Assembly (NCBI GenBank): GCA_013239625.1 | Contig: MU056050.1 | Span: 4,264,084 to 4,328,083 of the forward strand | DNA: 64,000 bases | Source of the DNA: Lama guanicoe | Taxonomy: Eukaryota | Direction: 5' to 3' | Made by a program: the position numbers and the translations under genes | Notes under the pieces: generated by a model | Databases searched by the model: none | The model's input: the letters and a program-made list of their open reading frames with translations, nothing else | What the model was told of the DNA's origin: nothing | In this document: positions 36,976-49,505 of the stretch, piece after piece | How the letters are laid out: every line of letters starts with the position of its first letter | How positions within the stretch are numbered: position 1 is the first letter of the stretch

Positions 36976-39234
36976 ATACAAAGTCGAGTTTTTCAAGGAG
37001 TTGTATGATCAAGTCCCTATAAACAGCTAAGAGATGGGAATTCAACTTCTTTATTGGATAACTGAAGGAAAGGTTGTGACTTTTAATATGACAGGTTTCC
37101 ATACCACAGTCAAATAAAAACAGAGTCAGTGGGCAAAATAGATGTTTTTGGAACAATTCTGGCAAGAAAAAAAGATCACATATAAGCTATATCATAATTC
37201 TTAGATAATACCAATGAATTTTTATGATAATTCATTGGTTCCAATGTTTTCTCTTTTATGACACTGCTGAAGAATCCTAATGAAATGATTATGGTTTGGA
37301 GATAATCTGATCCACTTTTCATGATCATATTTATGGATAGCAAACATAGTATGCATAATACTTTGCATATTTTTCATTTAAAACTTTCCTCTGTTATTAA
37401 AGCCATACTATTATTTTAATGATTATATAACATGTGTGCAATATCACTTACCTATCCATTCGTATAATGAAAATTTTTTTATTATTTTTCACAAATATAA
37501 ATAATATGAGCATCTTTGTACATTATTTCCTTTTGGTAAATTTCTGGAAATAACATTATTAGATCAAAGCATGTTTCATTTTGTGGCTCTTGCCAAATGT
37601 CTTTCCAAAAAGATTACCAACTTACCACATACGACAATATAAAAAGACCCTATGTTCTTTTCTTTCTGTAAGTGTTCCATGTCTCTAGCCATGATATTTT
37701 GGGTTGTGCATTTCTCATCAGTACCTTCCAAAGTATTCGACCTCTGTTTTGTAGCAGTAAATTCTTGGTGTGAATTCTAGGCTTCATCTTGTTTTTCATA
37801 TTTGTTTTGCAGGTCTCAGGCTAGTAACCTTACCCCTCTTATTCCTTTACATAAAGTGTCAGGTTTGAATGGTACCTCATATCTGATTTATTCTACCTTA
37901 GAAACTCATCTGGAAGTTTTAAAATTTCCTGCCCAACAATACAAAGATGACATGTTGAATTCTGTAAGTTGAGATGGATCTTATTGATTCAGTTTTATTC
38001 TGTTTATTTTTTAAATTCAAAGATAAGAGAACTGAGATCAATAATATATAAACAAAAATAAATATTTTTTTCTGAGAAATTAACAGGGCTACATGAGAAT
38101 TTCACCTGCTACCTAGACCTCATCAGCAACTCACTCTAATCAAAAATGAATCACATTAAGGTTAAAAAAAAATCATGATATAGCATCTTCCACAAAAGAA
38201 TTCAGAAAAAGTTAAATGTATCCATTATTTTAGGTTATAAATAGGTCAGGGGTCTCTTAGAGATAGTGGGTAGACAAAAGGAGTAAGCACCGCTTTAGTT
38301 GACTTTGAGGCCCTGGGAGAATGGCAGGAAATAAAACTTGGGAGGGCAGGATGAGTCAGATTGGTAAATGATAATGGGGATGAATGGTAAATGTAAAGTT
38401 TACTGTCAGTTGTTAAGGGTAAATTCAGTCATCACAAGTGAACATTGGCACAGAGTTGATGTAGAGTGTGAGTTCCATGTAAGCTTAAATTATCTAAGTC
38501 AGGACCAATGAATATAGAAACAAGGGAAGGTGCAAGAGTGAGGCATAGGTAATAAGGACAAGACCTGCAGGAATTGTGTTAATACAAGAGCCCATTATTT
38601 CAGTTGCCCTTTATTCCCAATCAGCTTCTTGTAATGTCCTTGCCCCAAGGTCACTAAGGTGCTACACTGTTTCCAACATATTATAGGTTCTTATTTTATG
38701 TAATACAACACTTGGTTTTCCCCAGCCGAAATAGCAGCATTCAAAGAGACAAATAAAACTTTCCATTGACAGATGAGCCTTAAATACAGTAGCTCAGGAG
38801 CTTGTTAAATTAGCAGTTTTAAAAATAAACTTGAGAAGGATTGCTAAAATTTGACTTGTCATTCGTGATCATTTAGAGCTTATTTTAGTAAGGTAATTTT
38901 GTTCTTAATGGCTTTGCTGAGTAATTGTTTATGCCAGTTATCCATGTTTGATAAAATAATATTAATTTGGAAAATGATGATTGGGGAAGTAAATGACTCA
39001 CCTAAGAGATTTTTTTATAAACCCCAATCACTGTTTTACAATAATTGAAACATTACTAATAATTATGTGTATACATATTTTACTTTGGCAGATCAGGACT
39101 TCAACTTCACCAAACAGTAATTTAGCAGAGTATAAAACAAAGTAATCCTAATCTAAAAGATAAAATACATTGAAAAAGAGGCAATGCCAGGACAAGTAAT
39201 CTAAAAAAGTTAGTCACTATTGCTTCCCCCAAGT

Positions 39235-39440
39235 CACTCCATGGTAGACCAGGAGGATTAGAAGTCCTAAATTGTGACATTAATTTGTCAAGTAATCTTA
39301 GACTTTTGTTTTCTCATTTTTTAAATGTAAGAAGTAACATGTGCCATCACTATTCCACAGTGTTGTTATGAACATCAAATAATGGATGTGAAAAAACTTA
39401 AACAACTTTAAAGTAGCATATTTCTGCAAGGTATTATTGT
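39235..39440 (+). mobile_element. Degraded MIR
   Basis: 'ttttctcattttttaaatgtaaga...cacagtgttgttatgaacatcaaataatggatgtgaaaaaact'. Confidence 0.5.
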
Positions 39441-41317
39441 TGCTAAAATCTGGCACACTAATATACTTGATATAAGTTATCATGTCCAGGATAATATATT
39501 CAGATATCAAGGTAAAACACATACCATTTAATGCAAAAGGTATAAAGATCCCATAGGAAATTATTTTTAAATCATGGAAAAAATGCATAATTTGATATTA
39601 GTATCAAGATAAAGATGGAAAATGACAACTGAATTACTTGTATAAGAGACAACATCTATTTCAAAGAGTGAGCAGAGATACACATTTCAAAAATTCATGT
39701 TCATGTTATTTTGTTATAAGCATACTATAAGTTGCATTTCACAAATTTTAGTATTCATGGTAACAAATACGCATTTTAAAAATAATAAAAGACATTTTAT
39801 TTTATTTTAGGACAGCCTTTACAATTCTGTTAACATCGTCTTAACCACACAAAACATACTGATTTTTGCCTAACACTAACCGAACTTGCACTGTATAATC
39901 TAGACTAATGAACACTCTAACTAGACTAGGATAAAAGAAAAAAAAAAAAAAAAGAAAGGTGGGGGGGGTGGTGATTGCTATCTTCAATGAAAAAAGGGTG
40001 ATCTATTTTTAGTTTCAGTAGGTGGGAACAATTTAACTCAAGGAAAAGTTATCAAAATTAAAGAAGGCTATTCACATTTATTTGTGAATATTTAATTGGT
40101 GCACAGAGAACTGGCACAGTTTCAAGCTGTTAATCACAGATTTCTAAATGCATATTAGCTAATGGATGTGTAAAATTATGCTTATCTTGTCTTAGATAAA
40201 TGCCTAATTAAAAATCCTTTGAGGGAAAAAAAAAAAACCTTCACATCACTAAAGAAAAAAGAAAAGAACATTATGTAAAGCTGTATGTAACTTTAAAGAG
40301 AAATTAGGATTTTTTTCACAACTGAGTACCTTGCTAGATATTTAATATCTGGAGATTTCAGACCAGTTAAGAAATTTAGGTGTTCAAAATAATGATTATA
40401 CAGGATACAGGGTATAGATTCTCAGAGATGAATTTTGTTTATTCAGATTTATATGTGAGCCTCCTAAGGTATGGGACAATTACATACATTTTTCATACCG
40501 TGGTTTGCTTCATTTTCAGTAGAAATCATAAACATGAGGCAAACTTCAGGATACTCTGGGACTTAGATTAATTAAAACAAAATGCTCAAAAGTACTTCTA
40601 ATTCAAAGTTGTTGCACTACATGTTCAAAGCTTAACTGAACTATACAAAGATAAACTTAGGAAGAATAGGGGTGTTATAGCATCTAAATGTGACACTTTG
40701 TTTAGGGGGGCTTAAAGTGAGGATGCCTATAATCACTTCTTGGCTGGCAGAGACAAGGATGTTTATTTTTAATCCAGTCTGTCTGTTCTATATACCATTA
40801 CACCCTACAAGCTCAGGTTTTAATAATATAGAACTTCCAGTTCCATCAAAGCTACCAAAAGTTTGTCAGATCTGCCTTAGTAGAAATATATATACCCCAC
40901 TTTAAGGGAACTTCGAGTACACAAATCTAGTTTTAAAACAGATAAATTAGGGATGGCTATTTATTTTGTAAAGAGAACTTCCCTGTTACAAAAGATTCAC
41001 AACAGCTTTAAAATCACCCCATTTCCTTGCTTATTGCATTTAAATGCTTTATATTAGGTAAAATTCATTTCCATACAATATTTAGGAAGACATTTATGGG
41101 GTAAAGCAAGTTACCCATGCATTTACTTGGACTATAAATATAAAAGCTATGAAGGACAATCACATATATAGACCCTCTATCTCCTTCTATGAAGGCACTT
41201 AAATTTTTTTTAAGTTTGTAAATTCAGTGCACTTAATTTAAATGATTTTCTGCTACTGGATGACGACTAACACACTAGACCAGTCTCTAAAGAAACACTG
41301 AAAGTCAAATCACTCAG

Positions 41318-41422
41318 TGTTCTGGCAACGTTCTGTTTCTTAACCTGAGTAGTAGTTACACAGGTGTTCACGTATGTGATAATTTATTGAACTGTATGAT
41401 ATTTTGTGTTCTTTTCTGTAAG
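41318..41422 (+). mobile_element. L1ME 3' end fragment
   Basis: 'gttctggcaacgttctgtttcttaacctgagtagtagttacacaggtgttcacgtatgtgataatttattgaactgta'. Confidence 0.65.
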
Positions 41423-42279
41423 TCCCTGATCCTTCCTTTTAAAAAATAAGTCAACTTACTAAGATTGTAATTGAATAAATGTAAATCTATAATTATGAGA
41501 CCCTTTCAGGGCCTGTTCTTCAATTTTAACATGCAGAAATTAGTCCTTCAAAAATATAAGCAAAAAAGATTCTTGTTTTTATAGAATGGGTCAGGAATAT
41601 TCATTTGGCTAAATGATTTTCCATATAAACAAGAATTGTAGTTTTCTGCCAAGAAAATGTACTCTAAATGTTGGAAAGAAACTTAAGGATTCTTATATTT
41701 CCCTGTGGGCTGAATTCAGGTCAGTAGACAGGGAGGGGGTGGGGTGGAATTCTCTTTATGGGAAGAGAAAATCAAAGCAGATTTTCCCAAAACCATAATT
41801 TGGATGAGGACATAAAGGTAATTGGTGAGATTATTAAAATCATAAACTCAGAACTAAGTGGCATCTTATGTTTTAGAATAGTTCTGAATTGATGAAGTGG
41901 GCCTAGACACTGAGGATTGTCGTGATTTGTCACTTCCAATTCATAAAACCAACATTGCGCTCACTTGACAAGTTATAAAAAACTGTGAATTTAATGTAAT
42001 GTATTCTACTGACAATTATGAGGTAATTTTTCCCTCCTAGAGCAAATGGGAAAGCCATTTGAATTCAAATGACCTATGTTTAAACCCTGGTTGCTTTCCT
42101 GACCAACTGTGAGATCTTAAAGATCCTAATGTCTCCAAGCCTATAAAACCAGAATAGTAGCACTTGGATTGCATGCAAAAGTACTTGATAAACATTAGCT
42201 TTTGAACGAATGTTATCTGATTATTTCTTTTGAAAAGAGAGTGAGAAGACTTGTGGTGCTGGCTGAGGTGAAGTACGCC

Positions 42280-43885
42280 TGCTATGACCTCCAGCTGATG
42301 ACCACCAAAAACCACGGACAAGATACAAAACACCAGGATGGGAGGTCTCGGAAATGTAAATCATAGCAGGCAGTTTGGGGAGGGACGTCAAAATCTGTAG
42401 ATTTTGACCAGTGATAATTTTCTTACTTTGTTTCTTTTTTCCTTTAACTCCAGGCTTTTATCAGGGAACAAAGACATCTTGGGGAATTGTATAGCCAGTG
42501 CCGGCAGCCAAAGCTTCAAGCGGAAACTCTCCTGACCACAATGTCAGGAAAAGGGACCCCTCAAGCCACAGAGTAGGGGGAAAATTCCATTTTTTCTTTT
42601 TTCTCTCCTATCCACCCTGAGGCCAGCACCATCTGCTGCACCACAGACAGTGGTGTCTAAAATTCCAAGAAAAAACCCATCTCTCTAGATAAAGGGACCA
42701 GGAAAAGGAGCCGCTGTTCTGCGGAGTGGTGGTTATCCCCGTGCTTGCTTTTTTTCTCTCTATTCTCTTGCTGCTTCTCCCTGAAAGCAGGCCCATTCAC
42801 ACTGAACTGTGAACTGTGCAGGTGGCTAAAACTGAGAGAACTCCATTTTTTTTTTTTAAGCCAGAGGAACAGAGTCAAAGGGCCCCTGGGACTCAGAGTA
42901 TGTAGAGTTCACAGACTTAGAAAAGTAGATCCCCTAATCTTTTATATGAACCGACGCAAATCCCAGGCTTAGCCTCAAGCTGCAGATGTGTGGAACACAC
43001 CCAAGGAAGCATAGGAAAGGCGTAGCCGTTGGATATCTAATATAAACCACCACCCAAGTCCCAGATTAACCCTACCAGTGGCTTATATGAGGTTAGACCC
43101 AAAGACCATAGCAAAGGGCATTGCTATCACCACCTACAGAAAGACAGAACTTGTGCTATAAACAACTTGGTCGATTGCTTGCTGAAACAAAAGCAAATAC
43201 AATTTCTCCAGAAGAATTTAACAGGAACCAGAGTCCCACAACATAAAATTAAAAATGCCCGTGGAAAGTAATGGTTTAAATACTAGAATTTAAGACAAAG
43301 GAAAATATGACCAATTCTTAAGGAAACAAAAACACAAAAAAACAATGAACAGATGCCTATGCCAATGTGTTGGAATTACCAGAAAAAATCTTTTAAGCAT
43401 CTAATATAATCATCCTCTATCAGGTAAATACCTTTGAAATGAAGTAAAGATAGAAGTTCTTAGCAGAAAATAGAAATTATAAAAATGAACCAACTGGAAA
43501 CTTTAGAATTGAAAGATAGGATACTTTGAAATAAAAATGTTAGTTGGGTGAGCTCATTATCAGAATGATGTTGATAGAGCAGTAAACAGATCATAGATCA
43601 AGATAAATTATCCAATTTGAAGAACAGAAATAAAAATATTGAAAAAAATGAACAGATCCTCTAAATAATATCAAGTACACTCACATTTCACTGAAGTCCC
43701 TGAAAGAGGAAGCAAAATATTGGTATAGAAAAAACTTGAAGAAATAATGTCTGAAAATTTCTCAAATTTAGTGAAAGACAAAAATTTATAGGTTTTGTTT
43801 AGTGAACTGCAAAAGAATAAAATGTTCTTAAAATGCCAAGACACACCATAATCAAATGCCTGAAAACAATAACTTAAAGGCCAGG
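42280..43885 (+). mobile_element. Old L1M (L1MC/L1ME-type) 5' UTR plus ORF1 fragment
   Basis: GC-richer 5' region followed by decayed ORF1 sequence: 'tgttggaattaccagaaaaaatcttttaagcatcta', 'aaaatgaaccaactggaaactttagaattgaa', 'gaagaaataatgtctgaaaatttctcaaatttagtgaaagaca', 'ccaagacacaccataatcaaatgcctgaaaac'. Confidence 0.7.
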
Positions 43886-45452
43886 AGGAGAGATTGAAGC
43901 ATCTTATTGTAATGTTCTTACACGATAGATGAAGCGATATAAAAATAAGCAGCTGTTTCACATATCTGTGATATTCTGGCATTCTATTAAAATTATGTAG
44001 GTATCTCAGCTTGCGTCTATGAGTGAGAGATAATGAAGCTAGCAGAGATTTCTGAGCCTGTTAGTCCAGCAGGATCAGACTTCTTTTTTTTTCCTGTAAC
44101 TACATGTGAGGCATTTCTCAAGGATTCCCAGAAACACTTAAGGGACTCTACAGAAAGCTGAGATCTTGTAAGCAGGTGTGGACAAAAGCCAGTGGAATTT
44201 GAATACTTACCTAACATGTGACCTCATCTATTCTCAGAAACTGGTGAGGCCTGTGAAAACTCAAACTACATTTGAATGTCTGTGGGTTTGTCTGATTTTT
44301 GCATGTATTTGATTTCAGAGCAGGCATCCAGACACAATCAATTCCAGATGCAAGTCAAACCGGCATTATATAAGTTAAAAACTATATTTTGTGATAGAAA
44401 TATAAAGCTAATACTGAGTGTTCCGTGATTTCCCCTTTCAGCAATTAATTGAATTTGTCTGCATTAATTGGGCATACACATATGCTTAGAGTGTCTTAAC
44501 TTTTTCCTGTATTTTCCTGACCTTGATTCTATTTCTTCAGATAGCTCAAAGATTTTGGATGAGAGGTCACTATGGAATGAATCTCTATGGCTTCATTAAT
44601 GACATGAAAACATAGCTGGATTTTCTATCAAGTTCTGGGACTTGGCTTTAATGATAATATGACTGAAGAAATCATAGATTGGAGCCAGCACTCTAAGATA
44701 GCTCAGTTTTATTTCCCAAGACCAGCCCCCAGATATAGTCTCTGGTTGTGATTTAAAGCAGTAGTTGTCAAATTTGGTTGTTTTTTCGTTTTTGCTGTGT
44801 CTCACAGGATGGATAAAGATTGTGTATTCAACGTGTTCCCTTAGACAGATTCTGATTTCAGTTACTGGCAATGAAATACAATAGTATGTCAGTCATGTGT
44901 TCTTCCTAGGGTGTTCTCTCTTTTTTTCTTCCACTTAAAAAAAGGTAAAGGAATATACACGAAAAAGGACAATGTAACTGTAAGATTGAATACTGTATAA
45001 GGAAAAATATTTGTAAACTTTGGATTTTAACTTTGTTCAGTAACAAATTACTTGTAACACACAAGTATGTCATGATATAGAGGTTGAGAAATGCTAACCG
45101 AAATTGTATGTCCTATTATAGGGAATGGCCATGCAAAAACCTAGCCGTCATGACCACTTCGCCTGAGAGATTCACACAACTTGTGAGACTAAGTTATAGA
45201 ATTTAAACACAGCTGGTTATTAAAGAGAAGTTAATACCAGTCTATCAGGAAAAAAGTGAATTTCATTTATCACTGTGTAGTATTAGTGTATAGTATAGCT
45301 CAAATTAAAACTAGCTTATCTTCCATTAATATGTAGGAAATAAATTTCCTTTTGTATTATCAATGAGCTGTGGTTTTCAAAGTTTTTCCCTTGCACAATT
45401 TGTAGTCTAAATTTCCATTGTTATTTCTACAATGCAATTAGATTATTAACTC

Positions 45453-45630
45453 TTTTAATACATAATACATGTTCATAAAAGGGCCTAAATCGTACATGTA
45501 CAGTTCAATTAATGATCACAAAGTGAGCCCACTCATGTTATTATCATCCAGCCTAAGAAATAGAACATTATCAGCATCTCAATCCCCTATACTCTCTCCA
45601 ATCATTATCCTTCTCTCCTATAAGAATGTA
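45453..45630 (-). mobile_element. L1ME 3' end fragment
   Basis: 'tgtacagttcaattaatgatcacaaagtgagcccactcatgtta...ccagcctaagaaatagaacattatcagcatc'. Confidence 0.7.
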
Positions 45631-46733
45631 AAATATCACTTTACTTCTTTGAGTAAGATCTGAATTTCATTAGAGGAAACGCTATTTTAAAATTATGTAT
45701 TGTACTTTATAAACCACTAATCAAAGTCCAAAAATCATTTATAATTAAATTTAGAAAGCCCTAACATAGCCATTCTACAATTATTTCTTAGAGAAAGAAG
45801 ATGAAATAAAAAGAATTTTTTCTATACCAACAAACTTCATTTTTCTCTGGATACCCAGCTTCCAGACTTCTCACTTTTAAAGCTTTGCCTATCCCTCTTG
45901 GGGACAAAGTGCCAACTAACTTCACACACTCACTGAAAGTTATTTTCTACTTTGAGAGACACTCAAGGGGAAAAAAAAAAACATAGCTAGCTATTCAGTT
46001 CCCTCATAATATGCTTTATTTGTAGCCTTCCTTGGAGGATGAGACAGCACTAAATTGGTTAGGTTAAGACAGCTTAGAGGAACGATGCTAATGAACCCAA
46101 CCTTAAATATCAACAGTCAGTATTTTCTTTCATCCCCCAGAGCCCATTGTCCTTTGTATTCAGGAAAATTGCAGGACCAAAAACGTTGAAAGGATTAATT
46201 GGAAAAAAATTCAGATAAATCAATCACAACCCACAATTGACATTGCAGCTACACTGACAAGGCTGCCAGAAAATTTTTCCATACAAAGGGCTGTGCCACT
46301 GGCCATTGTTTTGTTCTCAGTGTTTCCGTCTTGTTCTCAGTACTCAGCTGACTGGTGGCATTTGAGGAAAATGCCAACTCCTTCCTTTCCTCCGTCTCTG
46401 ACATGTATACTGGAGACTCACCAGACGCTCACTGAATTATGTGGCCCCTCTCGGAAATGTTGAAGCCCCCAGAGTGCTATTAACCATGATCTACGAAGGC
46501 TCCTGTCGGAATTAGACAAAAAGTAGAATTATAGTGGTGTGCTGGTGCCATTCTAGTTAAAAGTCTGTCATCTTTGCCATTATAAACGTCTATTTCCTGC
46601 ACTTTATAACTCAACCGAGAGAATTTGCCTTGCAGTCAGTAGAGTAGCTAAGAAAGTGTCAGTCTTTCAAAGATTTTTTTAACCTGATAGATACTAAATA
46701 AAGTCAATTTGCTATTATGCTACAATAAAAGAC

Positions 46734-46765
46734 TGTGTGTGTGTGTGTGTGTGTGTATGTGTGTG
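46734..46765 (+). repeat. (TG)n microsatellite
   Basis: Read directly. Confidence 0.95.
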
Positions 46766-47284
46766 GAGAGCTGCTATGTGATTTTATCTCATAGGACTTG
46801 CTTTGAAGGAAAAGAAAACAATGAGTATATTTAAAAACATGAAAGTTTAGGAAACAAGGGAAAACATCAAGAACAAAATATGATCTAAGTCAGAGTTACA
46901 GCTTTATAATCATCATCACCTTTCTTTGCCTGCCTTTTACCAACTGTCCTCATTTCTGGTCCCAGATAATCTAATTATGATTACTGTATTTTCTAAAGTT
47001 AATATTGTTATTTGGGTTCATAAAAAAAAAGGGGGGGTTCTAACTTGACTACATTCTGCATGGTAGTGAATTTCCTGCAAGGTCTACAAAACACTTTGTT
47101 ACCTCTTTGCTTACCTGGTCATAATCTTTTTATTTCCATTGTTTTTCTTTGAATAGACTCTGTGTGTTGAAAACCTGTTGTCAACAAATCATGAGCTACC
47201 ACAGTCCTCAAAGATTTTTACAATGGGTTGGCTGCTTACCAAGTAGGGTTTCTACTGCAGTCTCTCAGAAATTACGAATAATGC

Positions 47285-47785
47285 CTGTTAATTATCAGGG
47301 CCTACTTTGTGCAAGCTGTTTGCAAAGCACTGATATTTTCATCATTGGAATAATCCCTCAAACTTGGTATTTTTAGTCTCATTTCATGTAAAAAGAAGCA
47401 AGGCTTAGAGAAATTAAGGACTACACAGGGCTACACACTGGCAAGTACATGAGTGGGGCTTGGATTCAGAGTCAGTCTGGCTCCCATTCATGTTAAGATT
47501 TCCTCTAAGATAATTTGGAACCCAAGTTCAATTCCTTTGGGAGGGAAGGAAAGCAAAATTTGTTTGCTGAATTCCTACTCTGCACCAAGCAACTTTGAAG
47601 TATAATAGTAATTTTAATTCTGGTGAAAAGTTGCAAATTAGATAGTATTAATTATAATGCACAGATAAACTAAGGCTCAGGATGATTAATTGAGTTCATG
47701 AAACAATTTGCCTGAGGCATTAATTGTAGACTTTAGCTTGGTATGTCTAACTGCAAAACCAATTTTTTTTTCACTATAATACTGG
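47285..47785 (-). mobile_element. Two adjacent MIR SINEs
   Basis: Antisense cores 'aagaagcaaggcttagagaaattaaggactacacagggctacacac' (~47395) and 'acagataaactaaggctcaggatg...aatttgcctgagg' (~47661). Confidence 0.65.
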
Positions 47786-48032
47786 ACTTCGATTTCTTAA
47801 ATGTAATGCTCTAATCACAAAAGAAGAATAATTACAGGATTAATTAAGTCATGTCTTCACCCTTCCATTCACTTTATGAATATTTACAAACATGTATTCT
47901 ATATGTTAAGCACTATGCTGGGTACCAATTTATTCCTAGGATGCTTGTTGGTTGCTTCTTTACAGTGCCGTTTTTGTACTCTCTTCTACCTTTCCCTTTC
48001 CACTTCTGGCATCTAGTTCAACTATGCATAAA

Positions 48033-48310
48033 CCAATATTTCACAATGGATAATTCATGGATCACCTATGTTTTAGAAATACTCTGTGAAACAAAAAGTC
48101 CTATAGCCAAATAAGTTTGAGAAATGTGGTATACCACATTCTTAGACATTCCCAATGAACATTATCATACTAAAAGCTTTGAAAAATCTTGCAGGAAGGA
48201 AATCTGTTTAAAACAGAAGATAACCCTGTATGACTATTTTTTTCCCATGTAATACCTATTAGCATCCCATGAAATCAGTGATCCAGGCAGCAAGCTTTGA
48301 TTAATTCTAT
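48033..48310. mobile_element. Non-autonomous hAT-Charlie element (Charlie4-like)
   Basis: 'ccaaataagtttgagaaatg...cattatcatactaaaagctttgaaaaatcttgcaggaaggaaatctgtttaa...tttttcccatgtaatacctattagcatcccatgaaatcagtg' resembles the Charlie4-type consensus. Subfamily uncertain. Confidence 0.55.
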
Positions 48311-48461
48311 ACATCTTTGATTTTGTCTAACTATTGTTTTTCTTGAAGGACATAGATTATTCTGAAGAAGATGCATTCAAATAATTTTATATATATATAA
48401 ATTATATTTTTTAAAAAACTGAATAAATAGACATACTAAGCCTAACATTATTACATTTAAT

Positions 48462-48605
48462 ATTAGTGATGTTGATCACTTTTTCATAAACTTGTTGGTC
48501 ATTTGTATTTCTTCTTTGAAAAAATGTCTATGCAAGTTTTTTGCCTATTTTTTAATCAGGATATTTAGGGTGTTTCACTATTGAGCTGTATGCATTCCTT
48601 ATTCC
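48462..48605 (-). mobile_element. Inverted L1 ORF2 segment (5' part of a twin-primed insertion)
   Basis: Reverse strand 'ataaggaatgcatacagctcaatag...agacattttttcaaagaagaaatacaaatgaccaacaagtttatgaaaaagtgatcaacatcactaat' is homologous to 59075-59214. Confidence 0.85.
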
Positions 48606-48607
48606 AG

Positions 48608-49505
48608 AATGAACAGGGAAATGCAAATCAAAACCACAATGAGATATCACCTCACACTTGTTAGGATGGCTGTTATTAAAAAGACAAGATAAAATAAGTG
48701 TTGTCAAGGATATGGAGAAAAGGGAACCCTTGTGCACTGTTGGTAGGAATGTAAAATGGTGCAGCCACTATGGAAAACAGTATGGAAGTTCCTCAAAAAT
48801 TTAAAAATAGAGCTACTATATAAGCCAGCAATTCCACTTCTGGGCACTTATCTGAAGGAAATGCAATCAGTATCTCAAGAGAGATCTGCACCCTCACATT
48901 TATTGCAGCATTATTCAGAATACCCAAGATATGGTAACAACCCAAGTGTCTGCTGACAGATGAATGGATAAAGAAAATGTGAGATATATATATATAGATA
49001 TATATCTATATATATAATACATATAGATAATATATATAATATATAGATATATATTCAGCCATAAAAAGTAAGGAAATCTTCAGAGAAAGATAAATACTCT
49101 TATGATCTCACTAATATGTGAAGTCTAGAAAGGTCAAACTCATAGAAGCAGAGAGTGCAATGGTGGTTGCCACTGGCTGAAGGTTGGGGGAAATGGAGCG
49201 ATGTTAGTCAAAGGGTACAAACTTTCAATTATGAGATGATGAATTCTGGAGATCTAATACAGCATGATGACTATAGTTAATTATACTATATTTCATCATT
49301 GAAATTTGCTAAGAGCATAGATCTTAAGTGTTCTCTCCACAAAAAAAGAAAAAAGGGTAACTAGGTGAGATGATGGATATGTTAATTAACTTAATTGTGG
49401 TCATTATTTCACAATGTATATGTATATTAAATCACCATGTTATATACCCCGAATATAAATAATTTTCATTTGTCAATTATATATCAAAACAGGAAAAATA
49501 TAAAA
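48608..49505 (+). mobile_element. L1MA9-like ORF2 C-terminus plus 3' UTR
   Basis: ORF 48756-48956 ([29 protein letters not shown]) is the L1 ORF2 C-terminus. The 3' UTR has 'aaagggtacaaactttcaattatgagatga...gaaatttgctaagagcatagatcttaagtgttctc'. An internal (TA)n lies at 48984-49052. Confidence 0.9.

Noticed and set aside
36544..36996. 150-aa ORF, the longest not matching an L1 or Tigger protein
   Set aside because: It overlaps antisense MIR and L2 tails ('IHLTEHLLCDRHCAK' is typical of L2/MIR translation) and begins at a non-ATG codon.
39933..39973. A-run abutting a G-run (also 47021-47037 and 52842-52858) as G-quadruplex or regulatory element
   Set aside because: Short homopolymer runs with no supporting context; most likely simple slippage tracts.
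44205..44260. Possible minus-strand micro-exon (ttttcacag|40 nt|gtaagt)
   Set aside because: Stop codons occur in all three frames and there are no partner exons. Other isolated splice-like motifs (e.g. ~8548-8602, ~39810) were likewise unsupported.
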